Positions 16,946-28,219 of a stretch of 38,146 nt of DNA are shown piece by piece. How positions within the stretch are numbered: position 1 is the stretch's first letter; each line of letters starts with the position of its first letter. The translations under genes were made by a program, and so were the position numbers. The notes below the pieces were generated by a model, which did not search any database, was not told the origin of the DNA, and worked only from the letters and a program-made list of their open reading frames with translations. The DNA is from a virus (Duplodnaviria > Caudoviricetes). The stretch covers positions 1 through 38,146 of IMG/VR virus record IMGVR_UViG_3300020045_005015; one strand, 5' to 3'.

Positions 16946-19900
16946 ATCTAGTGAATTACTTGATACGGCTGGCATTACAAATGATTTGTCAAGGATAAAT
17001 ATTGAGTTAAAAGAAATGATTAACTCTCTTGATGTTCAATTGAGAAAATCAATACCTGTTTTAAATCAACTAAAAGTAAATAATTCCCAGTCCATAAAGG
17101 ACATGAACCAAGCAATGAAGGAATCAAACGCCTTATTGCAACAGCAAATAAAATTAGAACAATTACAGTTTCAAACTGAAAAGGAACTTATTAAAATTGC
17201 AACAGAGCAGCAGAAATTAGAGCGCGAACAAATAAAGACAAAACAGGCATTACTTGCCGAGGAAAAGAAAGCAACAGCAGCTAAGGAAAAAGCAAACAAA
17301 GAGCGTGAAAAAGCGAATGATTTATATTCTAAAGAAAGCAAGCGGTTAAATGATTTAAGAAAAGAATACAGAAACCTTGTATTAACTGAAGGTGAGGCAA
17401 CGGAAAAAACAAAAAAATTAGGCTTAGAAATTCAAAGCCTTGATGCTAAATTAAAAAAAGTAGATGCTAGTGTTGGACAGTTCCAACGCAATGTTGGTAA
17501 TTATCCCAAGCAAGGTTTCTTTAGCCAGGTTGGAGCCTTTTTTACCGGCAATGTTTTGGCTCAGGGGGCCAGCAAACTTGTTGGTGTGTTTAAGGATGCC
17601 ATTACAGTGAGCCGTGATTTTGAAAAATCACTGGCTAATTTATCAGCCATTACCGGGGCAAGTGGAAAAGACCTCGGTTTTTATAAAGAGCAAGCGAAAC
17701 AATTAGGTTTAACAACGCAAGGTGGAGCCAAGGCAGTTGTTGAAGCGTTTAAATTAATTGGTTCTGCAAAGCCAGAATTATTACAAAATAAAGAGGCTCT
17801 GGCAGGGGTAACAAAGCAGGCCATTTTACTTTCAAAGGCTGCGGGTTTAGAATTGCCAGATGCAGCAACCAGGTTAACCGATGCCTTAAACCAATTTGGT
17901 GCACCCGCAGAACAGGCGGGTAAGTTTGTTGATATACTTGCATCCGGTGCAAAGGCGGGAGCTGCAGAGGTGCCAGAAATTACCGATGCGCTTTTAAAAT
18001 TCGGAGTTGCTGCAAAATCTTCTAACATTTCAATACAAGAAAGTGTTGGAGCAATTGAATTACTGGCTGAAAAGGGACTAAAAGGGGCCGAGGCTGGAAC
18101 TGCATTAAGGAATGTTTTCTCTAAATTATCTGCATCCAAAATATTACCACCAGAAGCCCAAAAAGAATTGGCAAAAGCTGGTGTTGACATTAAAAAATTG
18201 TCTGATAATTCATTGCCATTAAGCGCAAGGTTAAAAGAATTAAGCAAAATCCAAGGCAATGCAAGCGCAATTACTCGCGTGTTTGGCTTAGAAAACAAGA
18301 TTGCAGGGGAGGTTTTAATATCAAACATTCCAAGGTTAAACGAATTAACTGCAGCTGTAAATGAAAACGGAGTGGCAACACAGCAAGCGGCCACAAACAC
18401 CGACACGTTTGACCAGGCCATGGTTGAAGCTGGGAACGCTTACGATAACCTATTATTGCAAATTACTGATGGGGATTTTGGGGCATTAATAAAAGGGTTT
18501 GTAAAGGTTGCAACTGAGGAATTAAATAAGTTTACAAAGCAGCTAAATTTTATTGGAAAAAACTTTAATAATGGCATTGGTGCAACCGCAAGGGATGAAG
18601 CTTTTAATAGAAATACACAGGCACAGCTTAAGAATTACGCTTTGTTAACCGAGGCAAATAAAAAAGTTTATGTTGAAAAATTAAAGCAAGATATTAAGGC
18701 GGAATTGGCCCTTGTTGAGATTGAAAAGAACGCGGGCAGACACAATAAACGTTTAACAACGGATGAACTGTTAGCCCTACAGGAGCGCACAGAGGCCAAA
18801 TTAAGAATCTTACAAGCGCTAGAGGTAAAGACCGTTAAGGGTTCTGAAAATACGATTAACGAGCAAGTGGATAATGACATAAAAGGCAATGAAAAACGCA
18901 ATAAAATTGCGCGAGATGCTTATGAAAAGAAGATAAAAGCCGAGGAAGATTATAGGCAAAAACTAAAAGAGCTTCAAGAAAAAGAGGATCGTGAAATGGA
19001 GGAATTGAACAATAAAATTAAGGAGGATTTAAAGAAAACATTTGCAGCAAGGGAGGGAATCAGACAGGAAAACTTTAATTTGGAGCTGGAAAATTCAATT
19101 GCTCGTTATGAAAAGGAAAAAGAAATTGGAAGCATTGCAGATAAAGATGAATTGGATAGATTAAAAAAATTATTAGAAGAGGCAAACCAAATTAGAAAGC
19201 AAGCCTTAAAAGATAAATATGAATATGATGTTAACCAAGAGGGCTTAAATAATGCGCAAAAATTAGAGATTACAAATAAATACAACAATGATGTTTTGCG
19301 TTTAGATACAGATTTAAATAAATCTAAGGAGGAATTAGAAGCCGAATCAAGAAAAAAACAGGAGGAAGAAGATAAAATTTCATTGGAAAAAAGGAAAGAG
19401 GCAATGTTTGATTATTTAAATAAATCTTTAGACATGGTTGAAAAGGAGATACAAAGAGAAAATGATTTAAAACAAAAAGCTCTTGATGATGAAATTTCCA
19501 GAAGGGAAAAAAGCATTGCTATTCAACAGTCTTTAGCAGAGCGTGGTCAAAAAAACACCCTTGCGGAAGAAGAAGCGGAGCTGGCAAAATCACAACAGAA
19601 AAAAGAAGATTTAAAAAAGCAACAAATCAAGCAAGAAAAAACATTGGCGTTTTTAAAGTTGCTTGCCGGGTATGCAGAAAAGGACCCATCAAGCGCACTC
19701 CAAAAAGCGTTAGTTGATACGGCTTTATCTTCTGTAATTACTGCAGCATTTATTGATGGAACTGAAAATGTAGGTAATGACCCACAGTTTACAAAAAATA
19801 AAATCAGTAACGGAACTGATGGTTATGTTGCAAGATTTGATGGTGATGAAAGAATATTAAACCCAGAGCAAAACAAAATGGTGGGAAATTTATCCAATGA

Positions 19901-20183
19901 GGAGTTGGCGCTATTGGCCCGCAATTATAACAATGGAAATTATTTACCAAACTATGCAATGGGGTTAAATGTTGAGCCATCAACTGCAAATAATATTTAT
20001 CAATCAGCACAGTTAAACCAACTGATTACACTCAATAAAAAAATTGAAAATCTTGAATCCGTAATAAAGAGCAAACCAGTTAATACAACCAACATTGACA
20101 ACCTAGGGAATGTGATTAACTCGGAGCTTAAAAATGGATTCAAACAAAATAGAATAATAATGAAAAAGCCCCTTAAAATTTAA
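16929..20183 (+). CDS. Tail tape measure protein (TP901-like core)
   Basis: Long helical protein; FQRNVGNY, FEKSLANLSAITGA, GAEAGTALRNV. Confidence 0.93.
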   Translation: MAETIKSSELLDTAGITNDLSRINIELKEMINSLDVQLRKSIPVLNQLKVNNSQSIKDMNQAMKESNALLQQQIKLEQLQFQTEKELIKIATEQQKLEREQIKTKQALLAEEKKATAAKEKANKEREKANDLYSKESKRLNDLRKEYRNLVLTEGEATEKTKKLGLEIQSLDAKLKKVDASVGQFQRNVGNYPKQGFFSQVGAFFTGNVLAQGASKLVGVFKDAITVSRDFEKSLANLSAITGASGKDLGFYKEQAKQLGLTTQGGAKAVVEAFKLIGSAKPELLQNKEALAGVTKQAILLSKAAGLELPDAATRLTDALNQFGAPAEQAGKFVDILASGAKAGAAEVPEITDALLKFGVAAKSSNISIQESVGAIELLAEKGLKGAEAGTALRNVFSKLSASKILPPEAQKELAKAGVDIKKLSDNSLPLSARLKELSKIQGNASAITRVFGLENKIAGEVLISNIPRLNELTAAVNENGVATQQAATNTDTFDQAMVEAGNAYDNLLLQITDGDFGALIKGFVKVATEELNKFTKQLNFIGKNFNNGIGATARDEAFNRNTQAQLKNYALLTEANKKVYVEKLKQDIKAELALVEIEKNAGRHNKRLTTDELLALQERTEAKLRILQALEVKTVKGSENTINEQVDNDIKGNEKRNKIARDAYEKKIKAEEDYRQKLKELQEKEDREMEELNNKIKEDLKKTFAAREGIRQENFNLELENSIARYEKEKEIGSIADKDELDRLKKLLEEANQIRKQALKDKYEYDVNQEGLNNAQKLEITNKYNNDVLRLDTDLNKSKEELEAESRKKQEEEDKISLEKRKEAMFDYLNKSLDMVEKEIQRENDLKQKALDDEISRREKSIAIQQSLAERGQKNTLAEEEAELAKSQQKKEDLKKQQIKQEKTLAFLKLLAGYAEKDPSSALQKALVDTALSSVITAAFIDGTENVGNDPQFTKNKISNGTDGYVARFDGDERILNPEQNKMVGNLSNEELALLARNYNNGNYLPNYAMGLNVEPSTANNIYQSAQLNQLITLNKKIENLESVIKSKPVNTTNIDNLGNVINSELKNGFKQNRIIMKKPLKI

Positions 20184-22078
20184 TGGTAAAAGTAAATTTC
20201 TATATAAACAACAACCTGGTTAACCCTCCTGAGAATTGGCGGGCATTAGAAATTGAATTAAACTTTGATAGGGACAGAACAAATGTGCGTGAAAGCGTTA
20301 CATTAACCACCCTCGATTGGGTAAGAGAAAACGCTGATTTTTTATTAGATTACCGCGAAGATGGGGTTGGAATTGGGGTTGGAATTTTAGAGGCCCCAGC
20401 ATTAAGAATTGAAATTGAAAGAGGTGGGGTAATTGAAAAGCCATTTGATGGTTACATTGATACTGCAGCCAGTGGTAAATGGTCTAAAATACGCACAAGT
20501 TTAACAGCTAAGGAGAGAAAAAAAATAGATTGGTTAAATGATGTTGCGGATGGTTTTACTTTTGAATACTTGTACAAGTCAACAGGTGAAATTACTGATA
20601 ATGATTTTATTTTTGTGCCCTACATTTTAAGTAGTGTGCCAGACTATAAAGAAAGTGCAATTGCATTGTTAACCGTTGCTTTTATTGGTAACGAATTAAG
20701 GTCTGCAATAAACGAACTTGCCAAGGCATCATCGGCAATGAGTTCTTATTTTTATTATACCGCTGTACTGGCTTTAATTCTTGAAATAATATACATTGCA
20801 GCACTATTAATTACACTTGTAAAACTAATTAAAGATGTAATTCTATTCTTAATTCAGCCTGTAAAATATCATGCAGGCATGAAGGCAAAAAGATTGTTTG
20901 AGGCAGGTTGCAACCACTTGGGGTTAACATTTAAAAGTGATATTTTTGATACTGCACCATACGAAGATTTGTGTATAATTCCACAAAAGTATCAGAACCT
21001 CCCCGATGTAACAGAGCCTCGTATTTTTGGATTTCAACAACCCGACAAAACAAAACAAAACGGTTATTACCAAGGAACTTTTGGGCAATACATACGAGAT
21101 ATGAAAGTTGTGCATAATGCTAAAGTTGAGATTAGAAAAAACCTTTCAAATAATAATGATGAGCTTTGGTTTATTAGAGATGACGTAAATTTAAGCACCC
21201 CACAATATCAATTAGCCGACATACAAAACTTTGATAGCGACACCAATGTTGATGAATTTAGGGCAAATTATTATCTGAAATTTGAGATTGATACAACAGA
21301 CAGAAACACGGTGCAGGAGTACACAGGCACAGCGTATCAACAAATATTATCTCCTATAAGGGTAAATGATGCCTCGTTAATTTTAATGAAGGGATTGGAG
21401 CGAATAGATATACCATTTGCCCAAGCAAAAAGAAAAGAAGATTTAACCGTTCCAGAGGAAATAGTTGATTTCTTTTTGACTGTTTTTAATTCATTAGTAA
21501 ACGGAATTGCTGCAGTAATTAACGGTGTAATTTCTGTAGTTAATTTTATCACTAGCAAAATAAATAATTTAATAAACGCCTTGGGTGTTTTCGGGATAAA
21601 TATTTCGTTTAATTTCCCATCAATTCCACAGATAAACTATGTAAACCTTAATAATTTAATTGATAACAGAATTGGAATGATGAAGATTGAAACCGATTAT
21701 TTCAACATTCCAAAATTGGTTTTGCTTGACATTAAATCTTTACCAAAAAACACCAAGATTACAGCTCAAAACTCGACTTATTTGAGCGCTGAGTATCTTT
21801 GGAAAAACTTTCATTTCATTAAATCATGGCTTCCATCAGCAGCAAAACCGAACGGAAATCAGTATCTTATTAAAACTTTTGAAAAAGTACCATTTACTTT
21901 TACAGATTATTTAAAAGTAAAGGATTCAAATATTATCTTTGATTACCAAGGAAAGGAAGCGGAGGTGATTAGTTTGAAATGGAATCCTTATTCTTTGGTT
22001 GCAGATATGACAATTAGATTTTCAACATTATTAACTGATAATTTACAACTAACAGAGCTAATTCCAAATGGACAATAA
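20183..22078 (+). CDS. Tail tip/hub structural protein
   Basis: Follows the tape measure gene; internal hydrophobic helical segments. Confidence 0.65.
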   Translation: MVKVNFYINNNLVNPPENWRALEIELNFDRDRTNVRESVTLTTLDWVRENADFLLDYREDGVGIGVGILEAPALRIEIERGGVIEKPFDGYIDTAASGKWSKIRTSLTAKERKKIDWLNDVADGFTFEYLYKSTGEITDNDFIFVPYILSSVPDYKESAIALLTVAFIGNELRSAINELAKASSAMSSYFYYTAVLALILEIIYIAALLITLVKLIKDVILFLIQPVKYHAGMKAKRLFEAGCNHLGLTFKSDIFDTAPYEDLCIIPQKYQNLPDVTEPRIFGFQQPDKTKQNGYYQGTFGQYIRDMKVVHNAKVEIRKNLSNNNDELWFIRDDVNLSTPQYQLADIQNFDSDTNVDEFRANYYLKFEIDTTDRNTVQEYTGTAYQQILSPIRVNDASLILMKGLERIDIPFAQAKRKEDLTVPEEIVDFFLTVFNSLVNGIAAVINGVISVVNFITSKINNLINALGVFGINISFNFPSIPQINYVNLNNLIDNRIGMMKIETDYFNIPKLVLLDIKSLPKNTKITAQNSTYLSAEYLWKNFHFIKSWLPSAAKPNGNQYLIKTFEKVPFTFTDYLKVKDSNIIFDYQGKEAEVISLKWNPYSLVADMTIRFSTLLTDNLQLTELIPNGQ

Positions 22079-22289
22079 AGAGCAAATAAATTCTCAAATC
22101 AACAGCATTCTATCAGGTGTAAATGGCCTTTTGAAAACAGTTGAAAGTAAGTTAAAGGAAAACGCACCTAAGAATAAAGAGGAGGCACAGGCGGTTAAAG
22201 ACTTTGCTGAAAAACATAATTTGTTTGAGAAATTAAAAACAGTGAAAAGAGATTTCAACCAAGTAAAAAAAGAGTTTGCTAAAAAATAA
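22068..22289 (+). CDS. Hypothetical helical protein
   Basis: Fills the operon gap. Confidence 0.65.
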   Translation: MDNKEQINSQINSILSGVNGLLKTVESKLKENAPKNKEEAQAVKDFAEKHNLFEKLKTVKRDFNQVKKEFAKK

Positions 22290-22292
22290 ACT

Positions 22293-24962
22293 ATGCCAGT
22301 AGACTTTAAAGACATAAGAATTAAATCAGCATTTAGGACCGGAAACCCTACCAATTTTTTATTGGCAAATATCGGTGAGAAAATTACGATTGAAATAGAT
22401 GTGGAGGTTTCTACCTATGCCATTGCGGATAATGACAATGATATTTTATTTAATTACACTAACGGAATGATTGGTCCAAATTGGGTTTATGATCCAAGAG
22501 GGCAATTTAAAAACTTTAATGTTGGTGATGTTGTTGAGTACAAAAATTATGTAACCAATGGTTTTGGTGGCACACCCGCATATAGTGGGGTTATAAATGT
22601 AATTGATAAGTTGGATGATTTCCACATTCAAATTGATGTTGATTTATTTCCGGGGCAAATAGACCAAGGTGGTACACAGGGAATTTGGAATGTAAAAACT
22701 CCAATCACAGGCTTAAAATATAAGTGGAATTTTATAGAAAATGATGATGCGCTTACATTCGAATCAAAAGTTGATGGCACTGAACAGGTAGCATTGGCGC
22801 CAGCAATTAGTGCCACAGCCTTTCAAACATCTGGAGCTTTAATTGTGGGTGTAAAATATATTATTTCAGATTTTAATGCTGGCGACGATTTTACAAATGT
22901 TGGAGCTGCAAGCAATGCGACTGGAATAATTTTTACAGCTACAGGCACAACACCAACAACTTATTCAAATGGCTCTACATTAAATGTGGTTTCTGATTTA
23001 ACATTTATCGGAGCAAAAACCTATCAAATCGGTTCAGCTTCCGTTTATGGCAACAATATTAATACAGCTTCATTGTATGGATTCAAGTTTACAATTATAC
23101 ATGAAACGGTTTTAACTCCTTTCTTTTTATCTGCTCAATGGACTGATTTACTTGCCAGAATTGCACCAGATTATTATTTTAATACCGCATGCTTAAAAAG
23201 TGTTTTTGATATTGAAGCGTTTTTTAATTATGCAGATCCTAATAGATCGGTTTCTGGAACAAGTGATGAACTAGAGGGGAATACTGGTTGGTTTGATGAA
23301 AACTTTAACACAGGTGTTACTAATTATTCCGTTGATAGCATAGTTTACAAAGACCCATCAGCCGTTGTAATACCCGGCATTTCACTTTCAACAAATGAAA
23401 CAACAGTGGAAATTACGGTAAAAAATACTGTAGACACACCGTTTTCAAACAACAATACAAAATTCACTTTAAATTTTTGTAAGGCTCCATTAAACGAAAG
23501 CGAATATCAAGGCAATGCTAAAACATTACAAGAAAACTTTTTATTTGATACTGCTTTAAATACGGTAGGTGCAGCAAGCGTGGATGGGGATAATTACGGT
23601 ACCGCTTACCAAGTTTTAAAAGATGTTGAGGCCACATTTGTTTCTTCAAGTGAGATTTTAATTACTGCAAAAATTGCAATGGATGCTTCAATTGTTGCTG
23701 ATTTAAATACATTGGATGAAGCCAGATATATTTTATTTGTTGCTACTCAAAACCATTTACATGATGCCCCACCGCCAACAGTAATTGATGCAGTCACATT
23801 ATTTGTAGACGCGCAAGAATTTTATGTGGATTTGACAGACCCCGGAATGATTGTTTTTGCAAACAAATACTTAAGGCATTACGAAGAAGATGTTGCAACT
23901 GAGGGCACAACCTCTTTAGAGGCATATAAAGAGGATGAGATGGTTGCTTATACGCAATTTTACGTTGATCATACGGGCAGAACGACAAACACAATTCAGT
24001 TAACAGAGATAACAGCTAAACTTAAAGCCAAAGATTCAGTTACATTGGCAGAATTTGATTTAGATGAATGGCATTTGCCATTAAGTGGATTGCCTTACGT
24101 TGCCGGTGACCAATACATAGATGTTACTTATCCAAGACCTTTTCACATTCCTGTTGCTGAAATAAGAAAAAACATTCAATTAAAAAGAACACCAGGGCAA
24201 GATGTTGGATTGCAATCTTATTACCTTTTACAATTTCCTTTTTTGATTAGGTGGGAATATTTTTTACCATTACTTACTGCTAATTATGATTTCTTCGATG
24301 CTACTGAACCAAACAACGGTCTAAACAATGATTGGTTTAGGTATCAGGATTTGCTGGCAGATTGGAAAGTTTATTATGAGGTAATTATAAAGGCTAAAAA
24401 AGATGGAGTTCCGTTAATTTTCAACATTGAGGAACAGGCTTTATTATTTGATTACGATGATAAATTTGTTGACTTTCAGTTCGTATCAATTAAATCTTAC
24501 GACCCTGATAGTTTAACAGAATTATTAGATCCAAGCGGGCCGACTAAATTTTTACTAGGTTACAAAAACACTTTAGTTAAGGCCGTGTTTTCCAACTTAA
24601 CCAACCATCCAATAACATTGGCTGACGTTCATTTTTGCGTAGGTATTGAAGTTTATGAAGAAGGAGGGGTTTCTGGTAGGCGTAGAATTTCATCGGTTTG
24701 GACATTAGATTCAGACACATGGTTCTTGTCAACTGATGGAAGCGGAAAAGTTGTTAAAACCTTACAGACACAAGTTAACCCCGGTGATTTAATCGAGGCT
24801 TCAATGTATGTTGATTTCTCGAAAATCCCTTTAAATAAAGACTATTTTAAAATAACAGCTAGGTTGTACGATGGAAATAGTTTATCACCATTGGCCCGCG
24901 TAGATGAGCATGATGTTGATAGATTTACAGAGGATAGCGATTTAAGAATAATAGAAGCATAA
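22293..24962 (+). CDS. Large tail structural protein
   Basis: 889 aa, beta-rich, in the tail module. Confidence 0.7.
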   Translation: MPVDFKDIRIKSAFRTGNPTNFLLANIGEKITIEIDVEVSTYAIADNDNDILFNYTNGMIGPNWVYDPRGQFKNFNVGDVVEYKNYVTNGFGGTPAYSGVINVIDKLDDFHIQIDVDLFPGQIDQGGTQGIWNVKTPITGLKYKWNFIENDDALTFESKVDGTEQVALAPAISATAFQTSGALIVGVKYIISDFNAGDDFTNVGAASNATGIIFTATGTTPTTYSNGSTLNVVSDLTFIGAKTYQIGSASVYGNNINTASLYGFKFTIIHETVLTPFFLSAQWTDLLARIAPDYYFNTACLKSVFDIEAFFNYADPNRSVSGTSDELEGNTGWFDENFNTGVTNYSVDSIVYKDPSAVVIPGISLSTNETTVEITVKNTVDTPFSNNNTKFTLNFCKAPLNESEYQGNAKTLQENFLFDTALNTVGAASVDGDNYGTAYQVLKDVEATFVSSSEILITAKIAMDASIVADLNTLDEARYILFVATQNHLHDAPPPTVIDAVTLFVDAQEFYVDLTDPGMIVFANKYLRHYEEDVATEGTTSLEAYKEDEMVAYTQFYVDHTGRTTNTIQLTEITAKLKAKDSVTLAEFDLDEWHLPLSGLPYVAGDQYIDVTYPRPFHIPVAEIRKNIQLKRTPGQDVGLQSYYLLQFPFLIRWEYFLPLLTANYDFFDATEPNNGLNNDWFRYQDLLADWKVYYEVIIKAKKDGVPLIFNIEEQALLFDYDDKFVDFQFVSIKSYDPDSLTELLDPSGPTKFLLGYKNTLVKAVFSNLTNHPITLADVHFCVGIEVYEEGGVSGRRRISSVWTLDSDTWFLSTDGSGKVVKTLQTQVNPGDLIEASMYVDFSKIPLNKDYFKITARLYDGNSLSPLARVDEHDVDRFTEDSDLRIIEA

Positions 24963-24978
24963 TTATTATATTTGTAAT

Positions 24979-25911
24979 ATGGCAGGAAATGTAGGTTTTG
25001 AAATATTTAAGTTGATTAAGGAAAATCCAATTCCAGAGGTTCCTACTTTGGACTTGCCAGCGAACACTTTATTTTCTTGTTGCTCTGATTTTTCTTTAAA
25101 AGTTTTAGCAACAACAGACACAAATGATGAATACAAGAACGATAGATCAAGTTTCATTTATTGGTTTGACCCTGTAGTTTCTGCAGCTGTTCTCGTTTTA
25201 CAACGTTACCAGAATGGAGATTATGAGCAAGTGGCATTACTAAATGATGCTACTTACGGCACAGCTTACCTTTATGGCTTCTTTACAAATGTAGATGGGG
25301 ATAAATTTGTCGGCTATCAATTAGATTGGAAAGAGGTTTTAATTGCATTTGGTGAGGGGTCTTACAGGGTAGTTTGTAAAATAACATTAAGCTATGGAGG
25401 CACAGGAGAAAAAGCATCAAATGAATTTTGCTTAAAAACTTATTCACCAATTTTAGCAGATGTTACAGTTAGATTAGAATATTATTTGAATGGAATAACT
25501 GCTGACATAGATTTTGATTACAAAAGAAAAAATTTCGGTGAATTAAACTGGTTTAACCAATTGCGTTTGCCGGGATTCTTTGGTTATCCATCATCTGAAT
25601 ACGAAACAACAACAATAATGTACAATGATGGCCAGCAACCATTTGTTGAGGATAATATGGTTGAGGAATACAATCTAATGCTTAAGCCATTACCATATTT
25701 TGTACACAACATTTTGAAAACAGATTTCATGATGGCCGATTCTGCATTTGTTACAGATTACAATTCGCGCAATAACTCAACGTTTGTAAAAAAACAAGTG
25801 ATTAAAAAATCAGGTTACGCTCCTAAATGGTCAATGCTAAGGGCAATGTTGGCGCCAATTGAATTAAAGTTTAATCCATATTTTAATAACAATAAAAAAT
25901 TTAGGAATTAA
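24979..25911 (+). CDS. Tail structural protein
   Basis: Position in the tail module. Confidence 0.6.
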   Translation: MAGNVGFEIFKLIKENPIPEVPTLDLPANTLFSCCSDFSLKVLATTDTNDEYKNDRSSFIYWFDPVVSAAVLVLQRYQNGDYEQVALLNDATYGTAYLYGFFTNVDGDKFVGYQLDWKEVLIAFGEGSYRVVCKITLSYGGTGEKASNEFCLKTYSPILADVTVRLEYYLNGITADIDFDYKRKNFGELNWFNQLRLPGFFGYPSSEYETTTIMYNDGQQPFVEDNMVEEYNLMLKPLPYFVHNILKTDFMMADSAFVTDYNSRNNSTFVKKQVIKKSGYAPKWSMLRAMLAPIELKFNPYFNNNKKFRN

Positions 25912-27584
25912 TGGGAATTAAAATTAGTGACATAGTAACCTTAAATGCATCGCCAACAAATGATGATCGGTTTGAGATTTCCAGAAAAATATCAAGCGCA
26001 CCTGATGTTTGGGATACGCAATATATAACTTGGTCAGATTTAAGCGCTCTCATTGGTGGTATACCAACACTTAATGATGTTTTAACTAACGGCCCAGATA
26101 CAGCAGGAGAGGACATAATTCTAACAAATGCAGACGTTATAAAATCTTCAACTCCTTCTAAATCTCAAATATGGTTTGGAGCAGCAGGTGATGAAATAAA
26201 TTTAGACAACGCAGGAGGTGGGGGTGGTCAATTCTTTTTGCATGGTTCTGATGGACTAGTAATCTTGCAAAACGCAGATGGCGCATTAACTTGGAATGCT
26301 TCGGACATAACTCTTACACATGGAGTAGAGATTAATCTAAGCACTCCAATAATAAACACTGCGGGTATTATAGTTAAGGACTCATCCGTAACAACAGCTG
26401 CTCTGTCCGTGGTGGATGATGCAATGACAGTTGGAGCTGGTGATGTTGAAGATTTAGATTCGGCTTCAAGAATTGCATCAACTAGCTACCAAACATCAAG
26501 TTCAGGAAACGAAGCTATATTGGTTGAATTAGCTACGAACGGAACTCAAACAGTAACAACTGAACATAAAGTTACTGGGGGTGTTGCAACATTAAAAGTA
26601 TTTTCTAATTATGCATCATTTGCAGGTATACAGGAGGTTTCGGATTACTCTGCCAATTACACAGATTTGAGCTACATGAATAAGGGCTCTATAACTGCCC
26701 TTATTCAATCATACGTCGCAGGCTTAATGGACTACAGAGGAGTCTATGATGCTTCTGTTAATGCTTACCCTTCTTCAGGGGGCTCAGGCACTGCGGGCGC
26801 AATTCTAAAATCTGATTTTTGGATTGTTTCCGTTGCTGGAACTTTGCCTACTGGAATAGTAGTGAATGCAGGAGATTTAATAATCGCAAAAGTTGACACG
26901 CCGGGCAACACTCAAGCCAATTGGTCTACTGTTGAGTATAACATTGGATACACTCCGGAGAATGCGGCGAATAAAAATAACACGGCATTAAGTACCTCGA
27001 CAACAGAGTACCCCACTCTGAATCTAGTTAAGACTGTAACGGACCTACTGGCTCCTCTAGCATCCCCAGTATTAACAGGTACTCCAGAAGCACCTACCCA
27101 ACCATTCGGGACAGACGATGAATCTATAGCCACTACAGAATTCGTGCAGGAAAAACTCCTTTCAAAAACATTCACAACAAACGCGACAACAACGTCCAAC
27201 TCAGCAGGCCCTTTGAGCAATTTTTCTTTTACAGGCGTGGCTAATGGGGTTTATGTAATTGATATTTTCATGCGTACTAACTGTAATAACACAGGCGGTA
27301 TAAAGTATTCGATTACATTGCCAGGCACAACAACTATGGGCGTGGCATTATTTGGTAACTCAACATCTTCAACAGCTTTTTCAGTTGAAGCTATGTCTGC
27401 AAGCGCAACGCTTAGTAGTGCGTTTAATACATACAACGGTTCTGGTGAAATGCGAATGCGAGGTAAAATAGTTATGGATGGAACTGGGGGGGTAGTAACC
27501 GTAAACTTTGCTAGTGGTGTAAATCTCCAAACATCGTTAATTGGTGCAAGTACTTCAAGTATGATTGTTTACAGAGACGCTTAA
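25911..27584 (+). CDS. Tail fibre / receptor-binding protein
   Basis: KISDI N-terminus, G/S/T-rich, APLASPVLTGTPEAPT..IATTEFVQ fibre motif. Confidence 0.8.
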   Translation: MGIKISDIVTLNASPTNDDRFEISRKISSAPDVWDTQYITWSDLSALIGGIPTLNDVLTNGPDTAGEDIILTNADVIKSSTPSKSQIWFGAAGDEINLDNAGGGGGQFFLHGSDGLVILQNADGALTWNASDITLTHGVEINLSTPIINTAGIIVKDSSVTTAALSVVDDAMTVGAGDVEDLDSASRIASTSYQTSSSGNEAILVELATNGTQTVTTEHKVTGGVATLKVFSNYASFAGIQEVSDYSANYTDLSYMNKGSITALIQSYVAGLMDYRGVYDASVNAYPSSGGSGTAGAILKSDFWIVSVAGTLPTGIVVNAGDLIIAKVDTPGNTQANWSTVEYNIGYTPENAANKNNTALSTSTTEYPTLNLVKTVTDLLAPLASPVLTGTPEAPTQPFGTDDESIATTEFVQEKLLSKTFTTNATTTSNSAGPLSNFSFTGVANGVYVIDIFMRTNCNNTGGIKYSITLPGTTTMGVALFGNSTSSTAFSVEAMSASATLSSAFNTYNGSGEMRMRGKIVMDGTGGVVTVNFASGVNLQTSLIGASTSSMIVYRDA

Positions 27585-27618
27585 TTAAAATAAATTATTA
27601 CATTAGTAAAAAAATATT

Positions 27619-27873
27619 ATGGCAAAGAAACCATCAACAGAAAAACCCTCTAAAGCTGGTAAAATAATCCAGTTAGAAGAGACACGTCAAAAGAAATTGG
27701 CAGAAGCGCAAAAACTTTTAGAAGATGCAAAGAAAGAGAACTCAATTAAGGCTCAGGCGCTCTTCGCGCAATTCCAAAAAGACACTGCATCTTTAGGTTA
27801 TGCGCTTAAGGTGAGAAACATCCTAGATGGAAACAAAATTGTTTCTCAATTTGTTCTAAGCCCTATCAATTAA
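27619..27873 (+). CDS. Hypothetical protein
   Basis: ORF after the fibre gene. Confidence 0.65.
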   Translation: MAKKPSTEKPSKAGKIIQLEETRQKKLAEAQKLLEDAKKENSIKAQALFAQFQKDTASLGYALKVRNILDGNKIVSQFVLSPIN

Positions 27874-27904
27874 ATAGATCAAAAAACTTTTACTTGGGTA
27901 GAGT

Positions 27905-28219
27905 ATGGCTAACTTTTCATCACTAAAATTTGAGGTAAAAGACCTAATTATGATAGGTACAGTTATGGCTACTCTTGGCGGGTTTGGGTGGAAAATACTT
28001 ACTAAGATTGAACACGTAGAAATGATGATTGCCGAGGTTAAAGTTTACAAGGGTGCGGATGATAAGGTTGTTAATACTAGATTGGAAAATTTAGAAATTA
28101 CCCAGGCGAACGACACGAAAAGACAAAACGATTTTGAAAAGTTCCAGTTTAAAATCGAGGCTATATTGGAAAATGATAACAGGTTAAAAATTGTAAAAGA
28201 TGGAAATAAAAATAATTAG
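27905..28219 (+). CDS. Single-TM coiled-coil protein (lysis module)
   Basis: LIMIGTVMATLGGFGWKIL. Confidence 0.6.
   Translation: MANFSSLKFEVKDLIMIGTVMATLGGFGWKILTKIEHVEMMIAEVKVYKGADDKVVNTRLENLEITQANDTKRQNDFEKFQFKIEAILENDNRLKIVKDGNKNN

Noticed and set aside
17681-18421. 246-aa minus-strand ORF
   Set aside because: Antisense shadow of the Ala-rich tape measure core
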